Shown: positions 35,625-47,004 of the stretch, in pieces | How the letters are laid out: each line of letters opens with the position of its first letter | Position numbering within the stretch: position 1 is the first letter of the stretch | Assembly (NCBI RefSeq): GCF_000143415.4 | Contig: NW_003314293.1 | Location: forward strand, 62,001-126,000 | Reading direction: 5' to 3' | Source: Selaginella moellendorffii | Taxonomy: Eukaryota; Plantae; Lycopodiophyta | DNA: 64,000 nucleotides | Program-made: the position numbers and the translations under genes | The notes under the pieces: generated by a model | The model's database searches: none | Seen by the model: only the letters and a program-made list of their open reading frames with translations | Told to the model about the DNA's origin: nothing

Positions 35625-37570
35625 GCTTGACGAGATTCTTGTGATGAAAAGTTGGAGGAACTCTTGTTGACAACACGTTATATAACAATAGTATATTAAT
35701 TCTTATTTTTTAGCTCTTTTATAGGTCTAATTTGTTTCCCACTGAGCACTATGGGTGTATTCATTGGCTTTTATAATAGATTGCTAACATCTTTCATAAA
35801 AGATAATATAAATATGGACATACAACACTAGTTTGACTTTTGGTGTTGAAAGATACAAAGGCCCTTGCTTCTAGTTATGGACTTCATTTTCTTCGACTTT
35901 CCAAATGATCTTTTAGATATTGATGGGAAAGTCAAGGATTGGAATTTTTTCACACCTAACCACATGTGTGATGCATTCATTTTGTTGGAAACACTTATGC
36001 TCAAAGTTGGCCATGTGTCTTCATCCTACTAAACAACCCCAATTAGATGTATGAACTTATGATATGTGTAATAAAAGTTTGTTTCAAGTTGTTCTTTTCT
36101 GGATACATCATGGATCCTATTATCATCGATAAAGCAAACCTAGAAAAGTGAGTAGGTATTTCATATCTTTATCTAATTTTTAAACTTTTTTATTTTCCAA
36201 GTTATGATATAGACTTATCATGCCTTCTGTAGAAACATGCATAACGGATTTCATGATAGCAATTGTGCAGCCCACATTTTGCCTTGGTACGACAATTTTA
36301 CTAACATCATACCCAAACTTGTGGATGAGTAGATTTACAGTATGTTTCTTGATTATTAATTTCAAACTCCATCAGTAATGTAAGTGTTGCTTGAACTCCC
36401 CACCATATGGTGTTGTGATTGATTGCATAGCAAGTAGTGGTTTTATGGTTGTAGCACATGTGATCATGGGATGAGATTTGGATATATTGTCACCGTAGAT
36501 CCTTAAAACCTTGGGGGATAAATGGGGATAAAATAGCCATTAAGGGCTCTCTCATCAAGCAATTGCCCTTTTTCCAGTTGGCTTAAAGGGAGAGATAAAG
36601 TGTGCTACAGTTGGTATTAGAGTAAATAGCACGGGTTCGATTCCCATTGATTAGTGGCTACTTAAAAATATAATATACCCTTGAGCAAGGTATATTCCTA
36701 CCTCTAAATTTGAAATCGTATGTATTGGGCATCCATGCGTACGTCCTTCCTCTTATGTGGAGTATCCATGGATGAAAGTATCCCTTGAGCAAGGTATATT
36801 CCTACCTCGAAATTTGAAATTGTATGTATTAGGCATCCATGCGTACGTCCTTCCTCTTATGTGGAGTATCCATGGATAAAAGTATCCCTTGGCTCAATAG
36901 GGGTTGTTAGTCAATAGTCAATGAGGACATTGACATCTCTGGGGGGGTCTACGGACAAAGGTATCCACTATGTATCCACCACTAGTTACCTCACATGGAA
37001 TAGTTAGTTTACACAATAGAAGGATTGGTAGATTCAGTCCAGAAATGGAGGTGCTGATTCCCCTTGGCTCAATAAGGGTTGTTAATCAATAGTTAATGAG
37101 GACATTGACATCTCTGAGTAAGTGTAGTGCATGATCACCACTATGTATCCACCACTAGTTACCTCACATGGAATAGCTAGTTTACACAATGGAAGGATTG
37201 GTAGATTCAGTCCAGAAATGGAGGTGCTGATTCCCCTTGGCTCAATAAGGGTTGTTAATCAATAGTTAATGAGGACATTGACATCTCTGAGTAAGTGTAG
37301 CGCATGTGATCATGGGATGAAATTTGGATATACTGTCATTGTGGATCCTTAGAACCTTGGGGGATAAATGGGGATAAAATAACCACTAAGGGCTTTTTCA
37401 TCAAATAATTGCCCCTTTTCCAGTTGGTTTAAAGGAAGAGAGATAAAGTGTGTTACAGTGGTAAAGGCAACACATGACTTTAGTAAGTTAGTGTTTACTA
37501 TTGAAGAACATTATTTTTTCAAATGCTAGCTCAGAGGATTTCATGACCTGCCTCTAACCTCAAGGAGGTA
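35625..37570 (+). pseudogene. Decayed beta-class N4-C/N6-A DNA methyltransferase-like gene, interrupted by the TRIM
   Basis: Motif IV-like MDFIFFDFPN...W...LETLMLKVGH (35877-36015); motif X-like FQTPSVM*VLLEL; motif I-like PPYGVVIDCIASSGFMV|KATHDFSKLVFTIEE joined across the TRIM TSD (36449/37463); many TAG/TAA stops. Confidence 0.62.
36450..37457 (+). mobile_element. TRIM (terminal-repeat retrotransposon in miniature), ~1 kb, ~160-bp LTRs
   Basis: TG..CA LTRs at 36450-36609 and 37296-37457; PBS TGGTATTAGAG after the 5' LTR; TSD ATGGT/GTGGT; non-coding interior of ~104-bp and ~170-bp tandem duplications. Confidence 0.88.
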
Positions 37571-38571
37571 AATTATATTTATTAAACTTTCAAAATATAT
37601 TTAGTTTTATTTTATAGATCATGATCACCTGGAGTTTCTAAAATTTAAGGCTTTAGAAGTCTCCCCAACTATGCAGATGCCATGGCTCAATAAATGCAAG
37701 ATGGATTTTCCCTATAATACCAATATAGGAGAAGGCATAGATGAAATCAATATGCTGAGGTAGAAGAAAGTTAAATACATCCTTATGTGAAATGAAAAAC
37801 CTATCATATATCAAATGTCAGTGATAATGTCAAATGTCAATAATAGTATCAGTGTTAGATATCATAATTGTAAATTGTCATTCTCATATGTCATTTTCAC
37901 TTTGTAGCACTTGTGTGTTGCCATCTCCTTAAACAATTGTATATGATATGATAGCACCATCTAGAATAAAGTATATTACCTATAATTAATATTATTTTAT
38001 TATATATATTTTCTTATAAATGGACAATTTTATAGTATAATAAAGTAATGCTATTGCAAGAGACTAAATTTTCCATTTTACTTTAATCACTTAACCACAC
38101 CTCCAACCACTTAGAGGAGTTTCACTCACAACCTCCATAAGTTCTATTTTAAACTTGGGGCTTGTTAGCCTTGAGAATGACATCCATACCACTTAACTTT
38201 TGCACTTGGTCCAAGTGTTTCATATGTCCAATCCCATGACCGACACCCAAATGTATTATGATATATTACCCAATTATGCTAAGGCCATGCTCATTCACCT
38301 TTGTCACACCAGTATTCCAACACCACCAAAATCATAGTCCCGTCTCTCAAAGACTAGGCCATCTATCCACAAATGCTCATCCTAGATCCACTCTTTAGCA
38401 TCCTTAGAATGTCCACAGACATGGGGAATAGCCTTCCCTAATATCCTTTTTTTAGTCTTTACCAAGTCTTTTTTTGTTCATAACCGGTGTTCGCCAACAC
38501 TGCCACTGGATCAAGGCTCATAGGCCTGACCACTAAGTAGGAAGGGGTCCGTTGTCCGCAGTCCGACTCTC

Positions 38572-38811
38572 NNNNNNNNNNNNNNNNNNNNNNNNNNNNN
38601 NNNNNNNNNNNNNNNNNNNNNNNNNNNNNNNNNNNNNNNNNNNNNNNNNNNNNNNNNNNNNNNNNNNNNNNNNNNNNNNNNNNNNNNNNNNNNNNNNNNN
38701 NNNNNNNNNNNNNNNNNNNNNNNNNNNNNNNNNNNNNNNNNNNNNNNNNNNNNNNNNNNNNNNNNNNNNNNNNNNNNNNNNNNNNNNNNNNNNNNNNNNN
38801 NNNNNNNNNNN
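38572..38811. other. Assembly gap (240 N)
   Basis: Run of N. Confidence 1.
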
Positions 38812-39721
38812 TCTTTTTTTCCATAGTCTGGGACTTGGGATAACATTTCAGAACACTAAGGCCCTACATGAGTCTTATGGGTACTCTCCCCACTTTCTGC
38901 CTTGGGGTGCTCTAGCCATGGGGATAGAATGAGGTTTCGTTAAGCCACACTAGATATCCAAGTATATAGTGCCACCTATGCTTGGATTGAGAGTAATTGA
39001 CCATTCAATCTCCCGGGGGAGCTAGAGTTGGCTCTTGAACACTTAACCAAACTACCCTGCTTGTATATCTGTATTCACTCTAGCTTTAGACTCCTTAGTG
39101 GATATATCATCACCCAACACGTGGGCATAGCCTTCCTATGTCACACTAACCTTTCCTAGCCAAATTGGCTCCACTGCCCCATGGGATGATCACTTTGGGC
39201 TTTCACCCAACAGCCTATATTAGTATTTGGACTCAGACTTAAACTCGGACTTAGTCTTGGTCTCGGTCTCGGACTTGGACTTGGTCTTGGTCTTGCACTC
39301 AGTCTCGATCTTAGTCTTAGTTCCATCTCGAACTTCATCTTGGGTTCCATCTTGGACTTCATCTCGGGTCCATCTTGAACTCCATCTCGGGTCCATCTCG
39401 GACTCCATCTCAGACTCCATCTTGGCTCCATCTCAGACTCTATTTCGGGTCCATCTCAAACTCCATTTCGGGTCCATCTTAGACTCCATCTTGGGTCCAT
39501 CTTGGGTCCATCTCGGACTCCATTTCGGACTCCATCTCGGATCCATCTCGGACTTCATTTCGGATTCCATCTTGGGTCCATTTTGAGTCCATCTTAGCAC
39601 TTCCACATATCATATGTTGGTCCTTTTGTGTCCCTTTTCTAGAGATTCACTTATTGTTTGCTTCAAGCTTGTTCCTTGAGCCCTTTGTTAGGAGTTTCAC
39701 TCCCGCTCTTGACTTTTCAAA

Positions 39722-39883
39722 TGTAGTGCATGTGATCATGGGATGAGATTTGGATATACTGTCACCGTGGATCCTTGGAACCTTAGGGGATAAATGGGGA
39801 TAAAATAGCCATTAAGGGCTCTCTCATCAAGCAATTGCCCTTTTTCCAGTTGGTTTAAGGGGAGAGAGATAAGGTGTGCTACA
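39722..39883 (+). mobile_element. Solo LTR of the TRIM family inserted in a family-A LTR
   Basis: Third copy of the 160-bp TG..CA repeat; TSD TCAAA/TCAAG; host sequence is continuous in the 59523-61204 copy. Confidence 0.88.
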
Positions 39884-42800
39884 TCAAGTCAGAGCGTTTA
39901 GTCCAAACGTGTTACGCTCATTTGGCTTTTACTTTGGCCATTACCATCTGGCACCCTTTCGGCTCCACTTTTGGGGCTCTAGAATTTATTTCTCACAACT
40001 CCACCACCCATAGACGAAACTTGATGTCTTTATCAAATGATAAACCATTTTATAAAGTAACCATATCATGGATTACCACTTTTTATCTTTAGCACCTAGC
40101 CATTATTTTGTAAGCGACTAATTTTTCCATCCTACTTTAGTCACTTATCCACACCTCCGACCACTTGGAGGAGTCTCATTCACAACCTCCTTTTAGTCTG
40201 ATTCAAGACTTGGGACTTGCTAGCCCCGGGAATGGCATCCATACCATTCATCCTTTGCACTTGGTCTAAGTGCTCCATGTGTCCAGTCCCAAGACTGACA
40301 CCCCAAGGTACCACCGACATACTAACCCGTTACGCTAAAGCCATGCCCATTCACCTTGGTACCCTCGGTGGCCCAGCACCACCTGCATCGCAGTCCCGTC
40401 TCTCAACGACTGGGCCATCTGTCTAGGAGTGACCATCCAAGATCCACTCCTTAACATTCTTAAGATGCCCACAGACAACTTGAACACTTCACCAAATTAC
40501 CCTACTTGACAGTCCTTATTCACTCTAGCCTTGGACCTCCCAGTGGTTATCCCATCACCCAACACTTGGGTACAGCCTTCCTGGGCCAAACTGGCCTTTC
40601 CTGGCCAAACTGGCTCCATTGGAGTCTTCCCCCTTACTATAATTTTGGAGCTCACCAAACCCCCCAAGGTCTGGGAGACGAATGCTTTGGGCTTTCACCC
40701 TCTCAGACTCGAACTCGGACTCGGACTCGGACTCGGACTTGGGCTCGGTCTCGGCCTCGGTCTCGGTCTCGGTCTCGGTCTTGGTCCCGGTCTCGGTCTC
40801 GGTCCCGGTCTCATTCTCAACTTCGGACTCCGTCTCGGGTCCATCTCGGACTCCATCTTGGGTCCATCTTGGACTCCATCTCAGGTCCATCTCGGACTCC
40901 ATCTCAGACTCCATCTCGGGTCCATCTCGGACTCCATCTCGGACTCCATCTTGGGTCCATCTTGGACTCCATCTCAAACTCCATTTTGGTTCCATTTCAG
41001 ACTCCATCTCGTGTCATGTGTTGGTCCTCTTGTGTCCCTTTTCTAGAGACTCACTTATTGCTCACTTTGTGCTTGTTCCTTGAGCATTTCATTGGGATTT
41101 CCACTTTCGCTCTCGACCTTTCAAGTCGGAGCTTTTAGTCCAAACGTGTTACACTCGTTTGGCATTCGCTTCGGCCACTACCACATGGCACCCTTTCGGC
41201 TCCACTTTGGGGCTTAGGGATTTGTATCTCACAATTCCACCACCCATAGACAAAATTTGATGTCCTCATCAAACGATAAACCATTTTATAAAGTAACACT
41301 AGCATATATTACCTTTTCCATCCTTAGCACATAGCTAATATTTGTCAATGGTTTGACACTAAAGGCTCACCATACCTTATCCAACCTCTAAGGAGCATAG
41401 TATCTATAACATAAAGACTCACTTGACCACCTCAAGTGGTTCTCTCCCTTTTATTGGTTTAGCTCTCGCTAAACCCATTAGAGACACATTCTTTAGCTCA
41501 ATCCCATTACTCATTCTCAAGTAGTCTCAACTTCTATTGATATAACTAGTTCATTTTAAAACTTTTAATTTTGACTTCTTGAAATCAATTTCTTTAGTGT
41601 CTTTGACACCTTTCATTGCACATATTGTGCAACTTCACTTCCCCATCTTAGGAAGTTCTCCACTATCATCCTCCTTTCTATTTTGTGCCACATTTGGCAC
41701 TAAGTTCCAGCTATCGTAAGTTGTGCTAGAGCTGTCCACGACCCTAACATTTGGCTACTTTGCCGCTCCCTCCCTTGGAGCTTTCACTTTTGCCAACTTG
41801 GAGCATTTGGGAATCCATCCTTGGAAGCACACTTCTTTTCTCACAATCCGTTAGCATCCAACACCTTAATGTCCCATGCCTAACTTTGCCATTTAGATTC
41901 CTTTCAATGAACTCTATGGCCCACATTTGGCCACTAGTTTTTTTGCTCTTATCCGTTGATTGTTGCACTGAACAATATAGGATCACTACCTCCATTCTCG
42001 AGGTATCCTTTTGGTTCCATGGCAAAGGCTGTACTTTACTAAGTCTAGAGGGTGCTCACTCTTAGTAGGTATCTTTTGCATTTTCTGCTACGGGCTCTGT
42101 CCATGGCCCAACTTTGCGACCCTCCCATAGCTCTCTCCTAGAAATTATTTTTTGGACTTACTATACTATCGTATTGGCATAGCTAATTTCCCTTTAGGTG
42201 TCCTTCCCACTTGGTCACCTTGACCAAGCCACACCATTATCAATAGTTCCAATCAACACTTTGAACTAGGAATCATATTCCTTAACCCAAACAAAGACCT
42301 TGTCCTTGTTTAACCACAAGATCACTTAGTGATCTCATCTTAACCCCTTAACAGGTTTACCAATAGGAACTAAGTCTTCTAGACCTTTTTAAATTGTTGA
42401 CTATGACCCCGGGGGCATCCCCCACACTTTGCGGTGCGCCCAAGCCAGCCCTTCCGGCCAAGGATCCATACCAACTGAGACTTGGGTGTCCCCATCTTAT
42501 TCACAATGTCCTTGGTGCCCTTTGCACCAAAGTGTTCAAATTAGATATGCCGAACTTTCACTCTAAGCAATCTAACCGTGCATCACAACTCCGGGCATCC
42601 CCCGCTTGGTGATGTGCCCAAGCCAATTTCCTCATTGAGAGTCTATGACCACTGAAATATGAGTGTCCTCATATTCCAAACCATCACCACACCCTAATGA
42701 TTTGGGACTCGAACCCAAGCACTAGAGGGTCAGGACTCAAACCCGACCTCGGTATATGCATCTACGGACAGCATCACCCTAGATGCCTGGCGTGACTCCC

Positions 42801-45800
42801 CACGCTGGTGCACCAATTTATATCCAAAGTGCACTACGGATCATAGCTTATGAACTTAGTCCCTCCAAATTGCCAAATCCTTTCACTTGACAAGTCTATG
42901 ATCATGCATGAACTCCTCCATACTTGACCCGATGGGCCACCTCTTTTTAAGTTAGCACCTTCAACTAGAGGATTCGTTCCCCTAATTTGCCACTCTTGCT
43001 TAGCAAGTCATCCGACCAATGTAACATGGTTTCATGCATAAGCGTGAAAGTCTTTGACCATCGACTTTCGTTCAGAGTCATCCTTTTGAACACTTGGGAA
43101 CTACTTCCTCAACCTTGATAGCATTGCCTTATAGCAAGCTTCAAGACCACGCTTTTGCTACCCCACTCTGATTTCACGTATTCTATGAACCATTTACACT
43201 TGGCTTTTTAGGTACTACGCTACCTAAAATTGTCTTTGGGAACCTTGAAGGAACTCTGTCCCTTATCTTGTTAAGGCTTGTCCTTTCGCAAGTTTTCTAA
43301 TTGCTATATAGTCTAACATGGACAAGTCCATGCCTTAGACTCTCCATGGCACTATAGTTGCTAGTAACAACATGCTCCAATGCCCACTTGATTCTCCACT
43401 CCCAACGGACATAACCACCCTTGGTTATGCTTTTCAATTCCTATGGTTTGGTTCTATTCCTTTATTATTTGTTTTTGGCCTCACATATTTCCTTCAGTTA
43501 TTTGCCTCGAAACTAGGAGGATGGCTTTGCACTTTCTACCATGCCTTAGCAAATATTCTTGGGGATGAACCTATCTGATAGCCTAGGGAGTGGTTCCTCA
43601 ATCTGGGTATGCTCACCTTATAATCCCACATACCAGGATTACCGTTGCTACATATGGGTCTTTATATGCCCATCACTAGCCTTGCCAAAATTCCATTTTT
43701 GGCTTTGTCCAAATTGGGTAGACGGACTTCTCCCGTCTTTGCAACCTTGGACATTGCAAAGATAGCACTTTCTATCCATCATTTGCTAGGGACTTCGTCC
43801 CTTGGGCTTTATTTATTGCCCTCACGACATCAAACATCACCTCCTAGTGTTCTAGAGTGTTTAAGTGTCCTAATGATGGCCTCTTTGACAATGAGCCTTC
43901 CCTTTTACGACATTGACTTACTATATCGCAACATAAGCAATTTATCCCCCATAAGAGTATATCTAACTTCCTTATGCCATTAAAAAGTCTTTGGTAGTTA
44001 CCTTCTACCAGTTTAACCAACTATTTTGCACCTTTTGCTTAGTTGCCTCATAGTTGTCAAGTCCTACAACTCATTGTTGGTGCTTCCACACCTCCATCAT
44101 TATTTGGCTCACCACACTCCAACTGCATGCCTTCCAGCTTAGGCTATGCCATTCCCATTTTCATTAGGATTCTTTTGGGAAGGGGTTCTCGTGAACCCGC
44201 CAACTCACCTTAAAGCATCATGCCTTGGCACATTCAGTGTCTGCACACCATTGGCTCCACAAGCCTACCTTTATGACACTTCTTACTTGTGTCTAGGTCC
44301 TTGCCAAGACCAATACAATTCTTTCTCATACCAACTATCCATTAGCACTATGTAAGCGACTAATTTTTCCATTCTACTTTAGTCACTTAACCACACCTCC
44401 GACCGCTTGGAGGAGTCTCATTCACAACCTCCATAAGTCCTATTCCGGACTTGGGGACTTGCTAGCCCCAAGAATAGCATCCGTGCCACTCAACCGTTGC
44501 ACTTGGTCCAAGTGCTCCACGTGTCTGGTCCTAAGACCGACACCCAAAGGTACCACTGACATATCGGCTCGTTACGCTAAGGCCATGCCCATTCACCTTT
44601 GCCGCACTAGTGGTCTAATACCACTTGCATCACAATCCCGTCTCTCACGAGTGGTCAACCTAGATCCACTCCTTAGCATCCTTAGGATGCCTATAGACAT
44701 GGGGAATAGCCTTCCCCAATATCCCTTTGTCAGTTCCTACCTAGTCCCTTTTCGGTCCATGGCCATGTTCGCCGACACTGCCACTAGATCAAGGCCCACA
44801 GGCCCGAGCACTAAGTCCCATGGTCCTCTGGGACTTCCTCACCATGTGACTGTATCCTTAGTCACTACACTAGAGGACTGCTCCTCCTCCTTTCCCCCAT
44901 TTGGGACTCTAGGGCAACATTTCGGAACACCGTGGGCCTATGCGAGCCCCGTGGGTACTCTCCCCACCTTCCGCCTTTAGGTGCTCTAGCCATAGGCTTA
45001 GAGCGAGGTTCCGTTGAGCCATGCCTGGTATCCAAGTAGGTAGTGCCACCCACACTTGGACTGGGAGCATCGGCTAGTCGATCTCCCGGGGGAACTAGAG
45101 CCGACTCTTGAACACTTCACCAAGCTACCCCGCTTGTCGGTCCGTATTCACTCTAGTCTTGGACTTCCTAGTGGTCAGTTCATCACCCAACACTGGGTCT
45201 AGCCTTCCTAGGCCAAACTGGCCTTTCCTGGCCAAACTGGCTCCACTGTAGTCCTCCCTCTTACTATACTTTTGGAACTCACCAAACAAGCTCTATTTCG
45301 TTAAAGTGGGAATTGTTATTATCCCACTTGTAAAATAAGGTTTTCAAACCTTTATATAGTATATAAATATAACAAAATTCAACTGCATTGAGGCACATGC
45401 CATTTTATTTTAAACAAGGAAATGTCTAGTCAATCACTTCTCCTCCCCCTGCCACTGCTTCACCTCTCTCTTCTCCTTGTCATCGTCGTCCAATTTCTTT
45501 CCATCCTTTTAATATTGGCTCAGTTGCTCCGAGTCTAGGTGGAGCCCAAGTCCCCATTCAATCTTTACTTTCCCCTTATTAATAAAACAATTTCGTAGAC
45601 TTCTAATAACATGCTGTAACACTTTTAGTATAATGCAAATCCTCTCAAAGAATTGTCTTTTAATATTAATACAATGGCATGGAACCCTATGCCATAATAA
45701 GTTACATTTTTAAATAAATACATGCCATCTCAGACTGTTATTTTTTGCCTCCAACGCCTATACAATAATCTTGGAATTTCATCACTCTCCACACTATCAG

Positions 45801-47004
45801 GATTTAAACCCAATAGTAATGCCATCTCTTCTCTAATACATCCACGCTCATGTTCAGTGGTCGAAGAACCCATCCGGTTGAGCAGATTATGGAGATGTGG
45901 ATAGTGCTTGGCTAGACAATATACATGCCATAAATGATGACTGGTGTCTGTCCGATCAAATGGCTTCTGATATACCATTCCATCTGCCATTTGGTTGATT
46001 TCTGCAGCCACCTCCTAGACTGGCCGGTTCTCTATCACCATCGCTCCAAGCCGTTTTGCAAAGTCCCCTAGAACATATGGTTTCTTCTCCCTAGTTTCCA
46101 TACTACAAGAGATGGGGTGCACTACATATGTGTGCGTGTTCGCTGCAGTTTTAATCGGCGAGTCATCGATGATGAGGATTTCACTTGACCTAGCAGTCCA
46201 GTTCATCACTATAGCCTCTGGCTTGGCGAAGATGGGCTTGCTACCCCTCACATGGACCATAGTCAAGCAATCCTCCTGCGTTAGGAGAAAGTCAAATGGT
46301 AATATTACTCGCGTCTGATCGTGCATCATCTGTAGCAACGTTAATGCATTGTGGCGCATCATGGATGTCCAAACTCCCAATTGCAAATTGAACCCGGCCC
46401 TCTGTTTTAAGTGTCGCATGGTCATTATTAGATCCCGCAGTTTCTCCCATGTGATTAATGTGAATCTGTCTCTTTTGACCAACTTGCGACCGCAGGCTTT
46501 GGAGGGTGCAGTGACATTCGAGGACGAGCCACGCTCATGGGAGAAAAGGACACTGTTCAGATCAAAAACGATACAGTACCTTCGCCGTTGTCAAGACCCC
46601 CAACACTGTCAAGACCCCCAACAAGATCAAGACTGGAAAATGCTAAAGACAAAGAGAAAAAGCTAGTGAAAACAAAGAAGAGGCCTTAGACTGGTGTTGA
46701 TTCAGATTGTGGAGAAATGGAACAAGGCTAACCTATATATACTATAGGTTGATGAAGCTCCACCACTCTTGGATCGAGGACAGCCTAAATACAGCTGAGG
46801 TCGAGGAGGCGCCACATCATCATCAGGAATGTGGCTCGAGACTCAGGAATCGGGAAGTGTCTCGAGAGTCAGGAATAGGGAAGTGTCTCGAGAGTCAGGA
46901 ATAGAGAAGTGTCTCGAGAGTCAGGAATGTGGTCTGCAGGTCAGGAATCCGGCGAGAGTCAGGAATGTGGCAAGAATTGGGGGATTCCTGACAGCACCCC
47001 CTCC

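Larger units (their letters stand above)
38055..45287 (-). mobile_element. Decayed non-autonomous Gypsy derivative(s) with three family-A LTRs (38055-39997, 40109-41233, 44351-45287 truncated)
   Basis: LTRs homologous to the solo LTR at 59523-61204; PPT (CTCCACCACCCAT on +) abuts LTR1 and LTR2; PBS-like TGGTATGAGA at ~44324; AT-eroded interior without recognisable RT/IN. Confidence 0.8.

Noticed and set aside
36397-36408. SPPY as the N4-cytosine catalytic motif
   Set aside because: It sits immediately before motif I, where beta-class enzymes have S.PG; the catalytic position corresponds to DFPN at ~35895, so 4mC versus 6mA specificity cannot be called
36630-36700. tRNA or SINE suggested by GGGTTCGATTCCC
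   Set aside because: No A box or cloverleaf; it directly follows the TRIM PBS
38459-38932. ORFs spanning X runs
   Set aside because: Artefacts of the assembly gap
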